This document shows, one piece after another, positions 30,592 through 40,433 of a stretch of DNA of 64,000 bases. The notes below the pieces were generated by a model that was given only the letters and a program-made list of their open reading frames with translations, did not search any database and was not told where the DNA came from. The stretch comes from Myxococcota bacterium (GTDB taxonomy: Bacteria; Myxococcota_A; SURF-8), in assembly GCA_963674735.2 (NCBI GenBank), contig CAXXQS010000002.1, positions 2,208,001-2,272,000 on the forward strand. The letters are read 5' to 3'. Every line of letters starts with the position of its first letter. Positions within the stretch are counted from its first letter, which is position 1. Made by a program: the position numbers and the translations under genes.

Positions 30592-32007
30592 ATGTTATTG
30601 GTGCTTTCGGACCTTCATTTCGAAGAAGAGCGTAGCGATTTTATCGGCGCTTATGGGTCGGCCCCTCCCCTGACTTTTTCACGGAATCTTGACGCGACTT
30701 TTTATCAACGCTGTATTGCGCTGTTGGCTCGCGATATCCGACGGGCGAAATCCCAAAAGCTCAAAATCGTATTGGCGGGTGATATTTTCGATCTGCATCG
30801 CAGTTCCCTGTGGTTTTCCCGGCGCGGAGTCGATAGCCGTCCGTATGTCGATAATCGAGATGTTCGTCGCCATGCCGATTTGGAACGTTTGATCCTTGCT
30901 CTTTTATCTCGTATCGGGCAGGAGCGCGAAGTCCGTAAAACCCTCGGTATCCTGAATCTGCTTTTAGAGGGGAAATATCGAGTGCGCCCCGGCGGAACGG
31001 TGCAGGATTTCCCCGCTCAGGTGCAGCTCGAATACATTCCCGGCAATCATGATCGTTTGGCGAACGCCACCCCGTTGATTCGAAAACGGGTGCGTGAGTT
31101 GCTCGGATTGCCTCTGAGCGATGAACCGTTTCCCTGTTCGATCTGGGATGAGGAGCATCGGGTTCGGATTCGTCACGGTCACGAATACGATCGTCACAAC
31201 TTCTGCGAAAACCTGATGGACATTGAACACTGGGATGACATCCCGGCGACAACCTACGGCAAGCCGTGCATCGGAGATTTTATCACAGTGGACATTGCGG
31301 CGCGTCTGCCGTTTTTGTTTCGACGGTTGCATGGCGATGCAACCATCGTCACCGATCCGATTCTACGGACGGTTTATACGCGCTTGTTGGAATTCGATGA
31401 TCTGCGGCCGCAGTCGGCGATCCTCGACTTTCTTTTAACCATCCCCGGAATGGAAGAGGGGACTGTTTGGAAGGTTATCGAGCCGGTATTGCGGCAGATC
31501 TTCGATGATATTCATGCCAATCCTTTCCTGCGCGAATGCCTGGATGATCTGGATAAAAAATGGCGTTTGGATACGATTGATGCCGTACAACTTTTCCTGG
31601 ACACGCGCCCTTGGCACAATGGCATTCTGCTGAACTTGGCCAAATCCATGGCCAGTAAACTGCGTAACATCGACTTCGATAACGGAGGTCCGGCGGAGTA
31701 CGCTCTGCATGAACCGACGGTGCGCTCGGGTCGGGCACGGATGGTGATCGCCGGGCACACCCACACCCCTTCCGTCGACCTCTTGAAGATCGACGAGCGG
31801 GGTCAGCAATACTACCTCGATACCGGAACCTGGCGGCGGCGGATCGTCAGTTCACCCGATCGCAAGGCCTTTGGTTCGATCAAGTCTTTGACATCCTTGA
31901 CGGTTTTTAGCCCAAGTGAGTTTTCCGATGGCGCGGCGACCTCGGCACGGGCTTTTTCTGTTTGGAACGGAATTACCCGGCGCTGGGACGATGTTTTGGA
32001 TGTGTAG
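30592..32007 (+). CDS. calcineurin-like metallophosphoesterase
   Basis: SDLH, LAGD, PGNHD, HGH, GHTH, DTGTW. Confidence 0.82.
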   Translation: MLLVLSDLHFEEERSDFIGAYGSAPPLTFSRNLDATFYQRCIALLARDIRRAKSQKLKIVLAGDIFDLHRSSLWFSRRGVDSRPYVDNRDVRRHADLERLILALLSRIGQEREVRKTLGILNLLLEGKYRVRPGGTVQDFPAQVQLEYIPGNHDRLANATPLIRKRVRELLGLPLSDEPFPCSIWDEEHRVRIRHGHEYDRHNFCENLMDIEHWDDIPATTYGKPCIGDFITVDIAARLPFLFRRLHGDATIVTDPILRTVYTRLLEFDDLRPQSAILDFLLTIPGMEEGTVWKVIEPVLRQIFDDIHANPFLRECLDDLDKKWRLDTIDAVQLFLDTRPWHNGILLNLAKSMASKLRNIDFDNGGPAEYALHEPTVRSGRARMVIAGHTHTPSVDLLKIDERGQQYYLDTGTWRRRIVSSPDRKAFGSIKSLTSLTVFSPSEFSDGAATSARAFSVWNGITRRWDDVLDV

Positions 32008-32022
32008 GCGAAACGGGAGAAT

Positions 32023-33474
32023 CTACTGAAATTGATAAGTTACGCCTGCTCCGGCGCTTCCGAGAAAGCCTGCGCTGCGGTAGCCGGGGAATCCCGGATT
32101 GTTGGTTTGCAACCCGGCGCTTTCAGGGATGGGTTGATCGGTTTTGATGTCGCGAGAATCGGGGAATTCATCCACCAACCCATTAAGAGCTTCGGGGTCT
32201 TTGTTCTGGCTGCGCGACAACAACACCAGGAATTGGACGTAGGTATCGATCGATAGACCCTCCACCCAAGGCAGGTAGAAGGAAAAACCGGCGCTGGCTT
32301 CGACTCGGTTGTTGTCGACATAGTTGGTGCGTCCGCTTTGTGATCCGACCGGGCTGGGCACCCACGCTCCGCCCGCCCTCACATCCAGCCAGGGTATGGG
32401 ACGGACTTCCAACCCGGCTTTGACCGAGTAGCTGTCGTGGAAATTGGAATCGTTGCCGTCCGAGACTTCGGCCTTGTATTCCGACCAGCGAATCCAGTTT
32501 CCATCCAGATTCAACGTCCACATCTCGTAGTCGAAACGGAGGCCGCCGGAGAGTTGGCGTGGTGAAAAGGAATAGGCATAGCGAAAGGCCTGTTCGGTGA
32601 TGGGCTCGCCTTCGTAGAGCTCGAAGTTCCAGAATTGCAGTTGGTTGTCGATGTTGGCGCCGAACCAGGAACGGTCGCGGAAAGAGATACCGATTCCCAG
32701 CCAGTCCAGTGGCTCGAACTGCATCCCCACCGTTACGGCGGCATCGTATTTGACTTTAGTATCCATCAGAAAATAGATATTTTTTTGATCGAGCGCATCG
32801 GGTACGTACATTTTGGTTTGGGCGACCACGTTGCCGAAGACGTTGACCGAGGCGCCGAAACCGAACCACTGTAAGGGGCGGAAGGCCAGTCCGGCGATGA
32901 CGGAGGGCCGCTGCGTGCGTCGGTTCAGTAACTGAAAGTGCAATTTATTGGTGAAGAATTGCTCGCGTTCGTCGACGAAGTTGACATCGACGTCGGCCAG
33001 GGCTTGGAGTGGAATCGAAAAGGCCAACCCGGCGGCCAACCAGTGCAGACCGAAATTGTGCACGATGCCGCCGGTCAGGGCGACGGTATTGGGATCGTTG
33101 TTTGTGTCGCTGCGTGCACTGGGAAGTTCATCGGTGGGCAGATAGCGCACGCGCATTTTCGTCGCGTCGGGGTCGAGGGGCAGGGCTTGATACACCTCTT
33201 CGGGGACGTCGTAGCCGTCCGGACGATCTTTGAGGTAGATGTTGACCCGGTCGAAGCTGGCCATGATGTGGACGCCGAAAGAGGGTCGCACGAATCCCAG
33301 GCGTCCCGGATTGTAAAAGAGCGCCGAATAATCGCGCGCTCCGGCCGTGGCGGCGTTGCCCATACCCATGGAACGCGGCGATAGACCATAGAGGTCGAGC
33401 GGACTGGCCCAGGCTGTTTGCAAGAAGCCGAACATGGCGAGGGCCGCCAGGGCCCATAGGCACATTTTACGCAT
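32023..33474 (-). CDS. OMPP1/FadL/TodX outer-membrane transport protein
   Basis: signal peptide, RSMGMGNA...YNPG hatch motif, beta-barrel, C-terminal YQF. Confidence 0.85.
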   Translation of the reverse strand: MRKMCLWALAALAMFGFLQTAWASPLDLYGLSPRSMGMGNAATAGARDYSALFYNPGRLGFVRPSFGVHIMASFDRVNIYLKDRPDGYDVPEEVYQALPLDPDATKMRVRYLPTDELPSARSDTNNDPNTVALTGGIVHNFGLHWLAAGLAFSIPLQALADVDVNFVDEREQFFTNKLHFQLLNRRTQRPSVIAGLAFRPLQWFGFGASVNVFGNVVAQTKMYVPDALDQKNIYFLMDTKVKYDAAVTVGMQFEPLDWLGIGISFRDRSWFGANIDNQLQFWNFELYEGEPITEQAFRYAYSFSPRQLSGGLRFDYEMWTLNLDGNWIRWSEYKAEVSDGNDSNFHDSYSVKAGLEVRPIPWLDVRAGGAWVPSPVGSQSGRTNYVDNNRVEASAGFSFYLPWVEGLSIDTYVQFLVLLSRSQNKDPEALNGLVDEFPDSRDIKTDQPIPESAGLQTNNPGFPGYRSAGFLGSAGAGVTYQFQ

Positions 33475-33570
33475 GTTCTCCCCGTTCGTATCTGGCTTGA
33501 ATGCGTTTCAATCTACTCTGCCGGGTATCCTAGTTGGATTCCTCGCACCCGGCAAGATCTTTATCGCGGT

Positions 33571-34554
33571 CTAATCGGACTCCAGCGGAACCGCGTAATC
33601 CATCGGGTCGTAACTGAACAGTTCCCCCTCGCGAGCGAAAATGTCTTCGCAATTCAGGTCGCTTTGCAGCCGGATGAATTCGAAACGGTTGAGGTCAGGG
33701 ACCGGGTGCGGCACCAGGTCGAGCTGCAGCTTGATGAGCGACGGTTTGGCGTCGAGGGTGATCATTTCAACGCTGGAATCGATCTGGCCTTCGATCAGGC
33801 GATTATTGACGATCCGGCCGGTCATATCGCGCATCATGCGCATGATGACATATACCTCACCCTGTACGATCCCGCTGATGCGTGCCGTAATGCCCGGATT
33901 GCCATCTTCCTCGAAATCAATCACGCGCGGGTCATCGGGATCGTCGGGAAGAGGGTCGCTATGGGGATCGTCGAACAGGGTTGGATCGACGCCGTAGATG
34001 TCATGGGCCGGGCTGGTTTGGAAAACGGCGTTTTCGGCCAATTCCGAAAAGGCGGCATGGCGTGCGGCGGCTGGAATGGCTTCGATGGTTTCGAGAGGGA
34101 AAATAACGTTGAAGTCGATATCTTCCACGATTTTCGTCGAAAAATCGCAGATGTGTTCGGTAAAATGCATATCCGTGCCATCCATCTCGGCCTCGATACG
34201 CGCAATGCCCGAGATAAGCATCTGCACCTTCTGATTGAAGACGGGTAGAACTACCGTGTAGGCGATGCAGAATTTCATGGCCCATAAACCCGAGAGGGTT
34301 TCCGGGCTGAAATCCCTGTTGTCATCGTTCGCTTCGCCCTCGCTATCGCCGTCGGGTGATGTTTCGCGGTCGACGTCGCCATCAGTCGAAGAATGATTGT
34401 CGCTGTCGCCGTTGTCCCAGGGATCGGCGGATTCCTGTTCGTCCAAACAGGCCGTAAGAGCGACCAAGGCTAGAAAGAAGGCGAAAACCGGGACGAGCAG
34501 ACGTGGTGAATAATCGGGGGATGAACAAAGGTCGGGTTGTTTACTGCGAGGCAT
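33571..34554 (-). CDS. hypothetical lipoprotein
   Basis: LTAC lipobox, DGD linker, DFEEDGNPG possible Ca-binding loop. Confidence 0.75.
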   Translation of the reverse strand: MPRSKQPDLCSSPDYSPRLLVPVFAFFLALVALTACLDEQESADPWDNGDSDNHSSTDGDVDRETSPDGDSEGEANDDNRDFSPETLSGLWAMKFCIAYTVVLPVFNQKVQMLISGIARIEAEMDGTDMHFTEHICDFSTKIVEDIDFNVIFPLETIEAIPAAARHAAFSELAENAVFQTSPAHDIYGVDPTLFDDPHSDPLPDDPDDPRVIDFEEDGNPGITARISGIVQGEVYVIMRMMRDMTGRIVNNRLIEGQIDSSVEMITLDAKPSLIKLQLDLVPHPVPDLNRFEFIRLQSDLNCEDIFAREGELFSYDPMDYAVPLESD

Positions 34555-34787
34555 GGGATTCCGTCCTTTAGCTTTCAGTTATTTCTGAAAATACAGAAAT
34601 AAGATTGGGGTGTCAACCTAAAAAAGCAGGGATGCTACCCGGTTGTTCGGTTTGCTGCGTTTCCTGTGGTTTTTGCGATGAAGGTTTAAGCGTTTGCTTT
34701 GGAAGCGACACCTTGCGTAATGGGCGCATTTTTTGGTATGCTTATGCCGGAAACTCCGAATGTCAGGTTTGCAGCAGGAGAAGCGCG

Positions 34788-35801
34788 ATGACGCAACGAA
34801 GCGTGTGGCTGGCGGCAATGGCCGGGCTGATTTTGTGGGTTCTGGTTTTGGGGGCCTGCGGCGATATGGGGGACGATACGGAAGAAGGAGTGCAGCCCGC
34901 CCCACGTGTGCTGCTCGACGCCGTACCCGATCCCATGATGCTTTATATCGCAACGCCCGATTACGACAGCGCCACCGGCGATAACCTCGCGGTATTTTGG
35001 GAACTGACGCGCGGAGTGGCGCGTGGTGTCAACGAAACCGTTTGGCGTGAGTTGACCGTTCCCGCTGATATTACGCCTTTGCCGCCCAAGCGCGCGGATG
35101 AGACGATCGCGGTGTGGGAGCTGAGCCAGCCCCTGGACGGGGAGTCGCTTACGGTGCCGTCATTTTCAATTGAAGCCCTGTCCGACGACACCTTCAGCTA
35201 CTTCATGCGGCGGCGTCACCGTAATGCCCCCGATGCCTGGCAGATCGTCTGGTATGGCGAGATGCAGCGCGATGTGCTGACCGAGGAAGGCGGAAGTGGC
35301 GAATTTGTCTTCGATTTCAGTGCGGCTTCCGCCATCGATCCCACTTTGTCGCGGAGCGGGAGCGTCACCGTGGAATTCGACGCCAAAACGGATGAAAACC
35401 GCGAGTTGACTCTTACCTACAAGGACTACATCGCGGAAAACGATCTCAGTCAAACGCCGCGTGACATGACCTATACCTACCTGGAACGCACGGATGGTTC
35501 TGGTTCCATGGCGTTTACCACTTTTTACAACTGGACCGACCACACGGACACCATGGAAACCCTGGACGTATATAGCGACTGGACCGAGTTGCAGATGGGT
35601 CAAACCGATATTTTTATCAGCGGTGACGATCTCAGTGCTCAGAGCTTGTCTAAAGTGGAGATTCGCGAATGTTGGGATAGTCAACTGGGTCAAACCTACT
35701 ATGTCCAATTGTATTACAGCCTGAATGCCGCAGAGGACGATGAACCGGCCCGCGATCGCGAGGCGGGCGATGTAACGCTTTGCCCGATCGGGTTCGATTG
35801 A
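34788..35801 (+). CDS. hypothetical lipoprotein (paralog A)
   Basis: LGAC lipobox, AGGAG RBS; shares DAVPD, G.G...DF......DPT, ECWD, terminal CP motifs with next gene. Confidence 0.78.
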   Translation: MTQRSVWLAAMAGLILWVLVLGACGDMGDDTEEGVQPAPRVLLDAVPDPMMLYIATPDYDSATGDNLAVFWELTRGVARGVNETVWRELTVPADITPLPPKRADETIAVWELSQPLDGESLTVPSFSIEALSDDTFSYFMRRRHRNAPDAWQIVWYGEMQRDVLTEEGGSGEFVFDFSAASAIDPTLSRSGSVTVEFDAKTDENRELTLTYKDYIAENDLSQTPRDMTYTYLERTDGSGSMAFTTFYNWTDHTDTMETLDVYSDWTELQMGQTDIFISGDDLSAQSLSKVEIRECWDSQLGQTYYVQLYYSLNAAEDDEPARDREAGDVTLCPIGFD

Positions 35802-35829
35802 GTCACCTTGTCGTCGTTGGGAGGAGACC

Positions 35830-36864
35830 ATGAAACGTAAGCAGTTGTTGATGGGAGTGCTCCTTTGCTTGGCTGGCTGGATGTCGATCCTGGGTTTTTC
35901 TGGTTGTGGCGGTGATGAGGAGAGTAGCGTCGCTGGTGAATGGCTCGATGCCGTTCCCGACTGGGAGCAGCTTCGCATCGAGGTGCCCGAAGCCGCTCAG
36001 GCGGCGCGTTTGCGCGGAGCCCAAGCCCCGGTGGCCACGTTTTACATGGAAACCGCCCGCATGGCGCGCGAACTAAATGCGATTGTTTACGGCTTTTTAG
36101 CTTTCATCGACGATATCGTGCGCTATCCCCCAACCGAGTCGGACGACAACCGAGCGGTATGGGCTCCCGAAGAACCGCTGACGGGCTTGGATGCCACCGT
36201 TCCGCGCTTCACGCTAACTCACCGGGATGATGGCGCTTTCGATTACGCTTTCGAGCTACGTCCGAAAGAGGAGTCCGACTATGTCACGGTCTGGGAAGGC
36301 ACCATGACACCCGAGGATGGTATGGCGCGTCGCGGACAGGGTCAGATGGCCCTTGACTTCGATATGGCGGCGAGCGTCGATCCCACCGTGCTGGAGCAGG
36401 GCCGGGCGACGGTTACCTACGATATTCGCAGTACCGAGGATCGGACGATCAGCATCGTTTTCGAGGATTTCGCTACCGAGGATGACAACTTTCCCGCCGA
36501 TGCCACCTATGATTATGTGGATGCCCAAGATAATAGCGGCGAGTTGCGGTTTACGGCCGTAACGGATATTTATCCGCTAACCAGTTCCGTTGAGAATGCG
36601 GAAGCCTGGACGCGCTGGCAGTCGGATGGCAGCGGCCAAACCGATGCGGTGGTTTCGGGCGAGGACGTTACCGCGGCGGGTTTTTTGGCGGCCGAGACCA
36701 TCGAGTGCTGGGATGCCGACTTCCGTCGTAGTTTTTACAGCGAGTACGCCACCTGGGACGAGGAAGAACATCCCGATTGGGTTGCCACCGGTGTGGATAA
36801 TCCCATCGAAAACGCGGAAAAGCGTAGTGGTGATCCTGAAACCTGTCCGTTCGGTGCGGAATAA
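35830..36864 (+). CDS. hypothetical lipoprotein (paralog B)
   Basis: FSGC lipobox, GGAGG RBS; paralogous to the previous gene. Confidence 0.8.
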   Translation: MKRKQLLMGVLLCLAGWMSILGFSGCGGDEESSVAGEWLDAVPDWEQLRIEVPEAAQAARLRGAQAPVATFYMETARMARELNAIVYGFLAFIDDIVRYPPTESDDNRAVWAPEEPLTGLDATVPRFTLTHRDDGAFDYAFELRPKEESDYVTVWEGTMTPEDGMARRGQGQMALDFDMAASVDPTVLEQGRATVTYDIRSTEDRTISIVFEDFATEDDNFPADATYDYVDAQDNSGELRFTAVTDIYPLTSSVENAEAWTRWQSDGSGQTDAVVSGEDVTAAGFLAAETIECWDADFRRSFYSEYATWDEEEHPDWVATGVDNPIENAEKRSGDPETCPFGAE

Positions 36865-36898
36865 GTCTTTATCGGTAAGGGAATACGAAAAAATGAAG

Positions 36899-36924
36899 AC
36901 GCCGGACTCGTGGGAGTCCGGCGT
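36899..36924. terminator. bidirectional terminator hairpin
   Basis: perfect 11-bp stem ACGCCGGACTC/GAGTCCGGCGT between convergent genes. Confidence 0.75.
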
Positions 36925-36951
36925 TTGTGTGTTTGGATCAGATCGTCACGT

Positions 36952-38328
36952 TTAATTACATCCGCCTCCGCCCGCGCCTTTGGCTTTTACGGTGACGATC
37001 TTGGTTTCCGGCGGGGTGGCCCCGGCGAAGACGAAGCGGGGTGGGGGTGTTTGGCTTTGACCGCCCAGATAGGCGAGGGCTGTTTGAGTGAAAGCGGTGG
37101 CCGGTTTCGGCATGAAAGAGGGCAGTGGCCAGGTGCTGGGGTCGGACAGAATGTCGCGTCGCCAGGCGTTTAACCCGCCGTCGAGGGCCAACGCGTTTTT
37201 TCCGCGTCGCCGCAAAGCGTTTACAAGGGCGAGACTGGTTTGGCCACTGTCGTCCACGAATACCAGCGGCTTGCTTTTGGGCAGATCCGCCGTCAATTTT
37301 CCAAGTCGTATGAGCGCTTCCGCGAGGAAAGCGTCGCCATCGGAGTCTCCGGCTTCGAGATATACAGACAAGGGCAAAACGAGGTCACGCTTGTCCGCAT
37401 TTACCGGGCGCAGGTCGAACAGTGCCAAGTCTTTGGGTTTTCCGGCCTGACGGTTGTTTCCTTCGGCCACCAGCCAACCGGCCAGGGTGTAGCTGTCCAC
37501 CAGCGGTGCTTCAGCCGGATCGAGGGCCGTGGCAGCGCTTTTAGGTACATGGTTGGCCAATACCGGGTGCGGGGTCGCAGATTCGGTGACAATGACCACT
37601 ACGACTCCCACAAAGGCTAAAGCCGGAGCGGCCGTATTCCAGAAGTTGCGCGGCGCTTTGACGACCGGCTTGGCGGGAGTGCTGGAATCGCTCTTTTCTG
37701 CCTTCAGTTCGGCCACCGTTTTGAGTGCGAAACGCCGTTCCAGATACGGGACGGCCGCGAAGCCGCCCAGCGCCATCAAGACCACTCCGAGCGCCCAGGG
37801 CCAGGCCGGACCGTCTCCGTAAAGTGTCATCTTGGCGGCATCGGCCGGGGCGAAAAAGTTGATAAACCAGGCTTGCTCGAACAAACCGTCGAATAAAAGT
37901 GCAAAGGCGTAGATCCCCAACACGATACCGAACAAGAAGGCCGGGGCGTCCCACCGTCCGCGTGCCAGTGCGACCACCGCCGTTCCGGGGCAGAAACCGC
38001 CGACGTAAAAACCGACGCCGAAGACGAGTCCGCCAAGCAAGATCGGCCAAAAGAAGGTGGCCTCGTACTGCACCAGTGACAGATTGAGGATACCTACGCC
38101 ATCGAGAATCAACGCGCCCAGCATGGCTGTCACGACGGCCGTGAACATCACACGGAACACGCGAAAATCGCGCAAGATAAAGACGGATGTCAGATTTTTA
38201 GAGGTGCCGAAGCCTGCGCGTTCCAGGAAGAACCCGAATAAGACGCCCAAGCCGAGCGAGATCATCAAATAGGCGATTTCGCTGAAGCCGTCCAGGGGTG
38301 CGAGAGGGAAGGGAGCATTCATCGCCAT
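36952..38328 (-). CDS. YeeE/YedE sulfur-transporter domain fused to a rhodanese-like domain
   Basis: LERAGFGT, GGFCPGT; C-terminal DLR...ALDGGLNAW; ends GGGGCN; GGAGG RBS before ATG 38328. Confidence 0.82.
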   Translation of the reverse strand: MAMNAPFPLAPLDGFSEIAYLMISLGLGVLFGFFLERAGFGTSKNLTSVFILRDFRVFRVMFTAVVTAMLGALILDGVGILNLSLVQYEATFFWPILLGGLVFGVGFYVGGFCPGTAVVALARGRWDAPAFLFGIVLGIYAFALLFDGLFEQAWFINFFAPADAAKMTLYGDGPAWPWALGVVLMALGGFAAVPYLERRFALKTVAELKAEKSDSSTPAKPVVKAPRNFWNTAAPALAFVGVVVVIVTESATPHPVLANHVPKSAATALDPAEAPLVDSYTLAGWLVAEGNNRQAGKPKDLALFDLRPVNADKRDLVLPLSVYLEAGDSDGDAFLAEALIRLGKLTADLPKSKPLVFVDDSGQTSLALVNALRRRGKNALALDGGLNAWRRDILSDPSTWPLPSFMPKPATAFTQTALAYLGGQSQTPPPRFVFAGATPPETKIVTVKAKGAGGGGCN

Positions 38329-39602
38329 AACCTCCTGAATCCGAAGGCGGCCAGAAAACCGCCGGTAAAGACGCTGAACATGAAGATCCATGCTCCCACC
38401 GAAAGCAGCGCGCCGCCCGAGAGGGCTTGGTGCGAGGTACAGCCGCGTGTGTAGCGGGTGGCGAAGCCAACCAGGATGCCGCCGATGATGGCGAAGAAGA
38501 TACGGCCGCTCTTCGATATCAATTCGCCGCGATCCACGCCCGAGCGAATGCGTCCGGCCAGCGCGGCCGAAATGAAGCCGCCGATCAGGACGCCGATGAT
38601 GGACCAAGTCAGCCAGTAATGGGACACGCCCGCTTCGAAAGTCGGACCCCAGTAGCGGTTACCGAGTACATGCGCGGGGGCCATCGCACCGAGGGTGGAG
38701 GCTCCGAGGCGCGAGAAAAAGCCCGAGGCACCCAATCCATGACCAGTGAGCATGAAGGCGGCGAGGACTGTCAGGCCCAGGCCCACACCCGCTGCATAGG
38801 GCGACCAATACGGTTGTTCCTCCCGCGAGGTGATCCAGGCCCACAGGCGTTTGAAGGCGCGCCCGGCCATGCGCGGGACGCCGAAACGTTCCCGTGAATC
38901 GAGCGGCTCGCCACCTTGTCTTTCCACCTGTTCATACCACTCGATGTGGTGATGCCGGGCATAGTCGGGGTCGACGTCGCCGGTGAGCATGGAGGCCAGC
39001 GCCGGGCGTTCTTCTTTGATGAGCGCCGCCATGGTGAAGTGTACGAAGAAAAATGCGATGACGCCGCCGACGGCCACGAGGTGCAGAAGCACCAGCCACT
39101 TGCCCCATTCGCCGCCGATTCCCTGCCACATTAAAGCGCCCGAGATACCGATGACGGGTGCGCCCAATAAAACCGCCCAGCCGAAGGCTTTTTGTCCGGC
39201 GTTGTACGCGCCTTGCGGGGGCAGTTCGATCGTGTCGTTCAACTCGGCTTTGCCGCGCAACGCCAACCATGAGAGGTCGTGGCGGGTGAAACGGATGTCG
39301 CGCAGAAAGCGCGCCGCCAGGCCCCAGGGATCGAGAATGAAGGTGACGCCCAAGATGGCGAACCAAAGGACGCCGATCGCAATATGGGCATTCAACAGCG
39401 CCTGCTGACTACCGAAGACGGCCAGCAGAGCGTCGATGTAGGGTTGTGGGGCCACGCGGTAACCGGCGGCGGTGACGATACCGATGCCGGTGAGCCACAG
39501 GAAGAGAAAACAGGCGGCGTTGAACCAATGTAACAGCCGCTGCGGCAAGGGATGCTTGACGAGCGTCCCGGAGGCGGCTTCATGTGCATGTTTCGTCGTC
39601 AT
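38319..39602 (-). CDS. cytochrome b (FdnI/PhsC-type) fused to a YeeE/YedE domain
   Basis: QRLLHWFNA, YNAGQK, LLH...VH heme ligands; then WSPYAAG, GLGASG, RGCTSHQALSG. Confidence 0.82.
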   Translation of the reverse strand: MTTKHAHEAASGTLVKHPLPQRLLHWFNAACFLFLWLTGIGIVTAAGYRVAPQPYIDALLAVFGSQQALLNAHIAIGVLWFAILGVTFILDPWGLAARFLRDIRFTRHDLSWLALRGKAELNDTIELPPQGAYNAGQKAFGWAVLLGAPVIGISGALMWQGIGGEWGKWLVLLHLVAVGGVIAFFFVHFTMAALIKEERPALASMLTGDVDPDYARHHHIEWYEQVERQGGEPLDSRERFGVPRMAGRAFKRLWAWITSREEQPYWSPYAAGVGLGLTVLAAFMLTGHGLGASGFFSRLGASTLGAMAPAHVLGNRYWGPTFEAGVSHYWLTWSIIGVLIGGFISAALAGRIRSGVDRGELISKSGRIFFAIIGGILVGFATRYTRGCTSHQALSGGALLSVGAWIFMFSVFTGGFLAAFGFRRLWR

Positions 39603-39617
39603 TTGGAAACCTCCCGT

Positions 39618-40418
39618 TTAGTTCGCGGCTGAAGGTGGATCGGCGGGAGGTGGCTTGTTGTCCTTTTCCGCCTGATTGATTTTATTTTTTCGTCCGCGCA
39701 ACACGCGCAGCGCGACCATTCCCGCCATGGCCGCCATACTGGCCACACCCAGTCCTTGCACCAACCAGCCCGCGCCGTTTCGCCAGATGGCGGCGGGCAT
39801 GACGAAGCCCAGTTTGGGTGGACGTTTGGCGGCGACGAGTTCAAGGTCTTCGGGGCGTCCGCTCAGAATCAGGCGCGGTTTCGGATTCACCGTCTCCGAG
39901 ACAAGCTTCATCTGCTTGTGTCCCGCATCAGGTTTGCTTACATTGCCTATCCGAACGGTTTGGGAACGTCCGTCGATCTCCACCACTTCCTCGAACAGGC
40001 GGGCATCGGCCGGACAGACATCGAAACAAGCCGGGGCCAGTCCCGCCTGCACGCGCCCGTCGCAGAGGGTGCATTTTTCGAGTTTCTTGCTGCCGGGGTC
40101 CACGTAGCGGGCATCGTAGGGACAGGCTTTGACGCACATCCCGCAGCCGATGCACAGCTCTTTGTCCACCAGCACGCGCCCATCGGCGGCCTTGTAGGAA
40201 GCTCCGGTGGGACAGGCGGGTACGCAGGGCGGCTCTTCGCAGTGGTGGCAGAGATACGGAGCATACGTGGCGTGAGCCGTCTTCGTCTCGTTGGCTTCCA
40301 GGTAGGGGACGAAGCAGCGTGCGTGTGAAGGATTGAGGTCGTTGACGGTGACGCAGGCCACTTCGCAGGCCCGGCAGCCGATACAGCGGCTGACATCGAT
40401 GCGGAATTTGAATGCCAT
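39618..40418 (-). CDS. 4Fe-4S electron-transfer subunit (PsrB/PhsB-like) with C-terminal TM
   Basis: CIGCRACEVAC, CHHCEEPPCVPACP, CIGCGMCVKACPY, KCTLC...CP. Confidence 0.9.
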   Translation of the reverse strand: MAFKFRIDVSRCIGCRACEVACVTVNDLNPSHARCFVPYLEANETKTAHATYAPYLCHHCEEPPCVPACPTGASYKAADGRVLVDKELCIGCGMCVKACPYDARYVDPGSKKLEKCTLCDGRVQAGLAPACFDVCPADARLFEEVVEIDGRSQTVRIGNVSKPDAGHKQMKLVSETVNPKPRLILSGRPEDLELVAAKRPPKLGFVMPAAIWRNGAGWLVQGLGVASMAAMAGMVALRVLRGRKNKINQAEKDNKPPPADPPSAAN

Positions 40419-40433
40419 ATCGAATTTCCCTCC

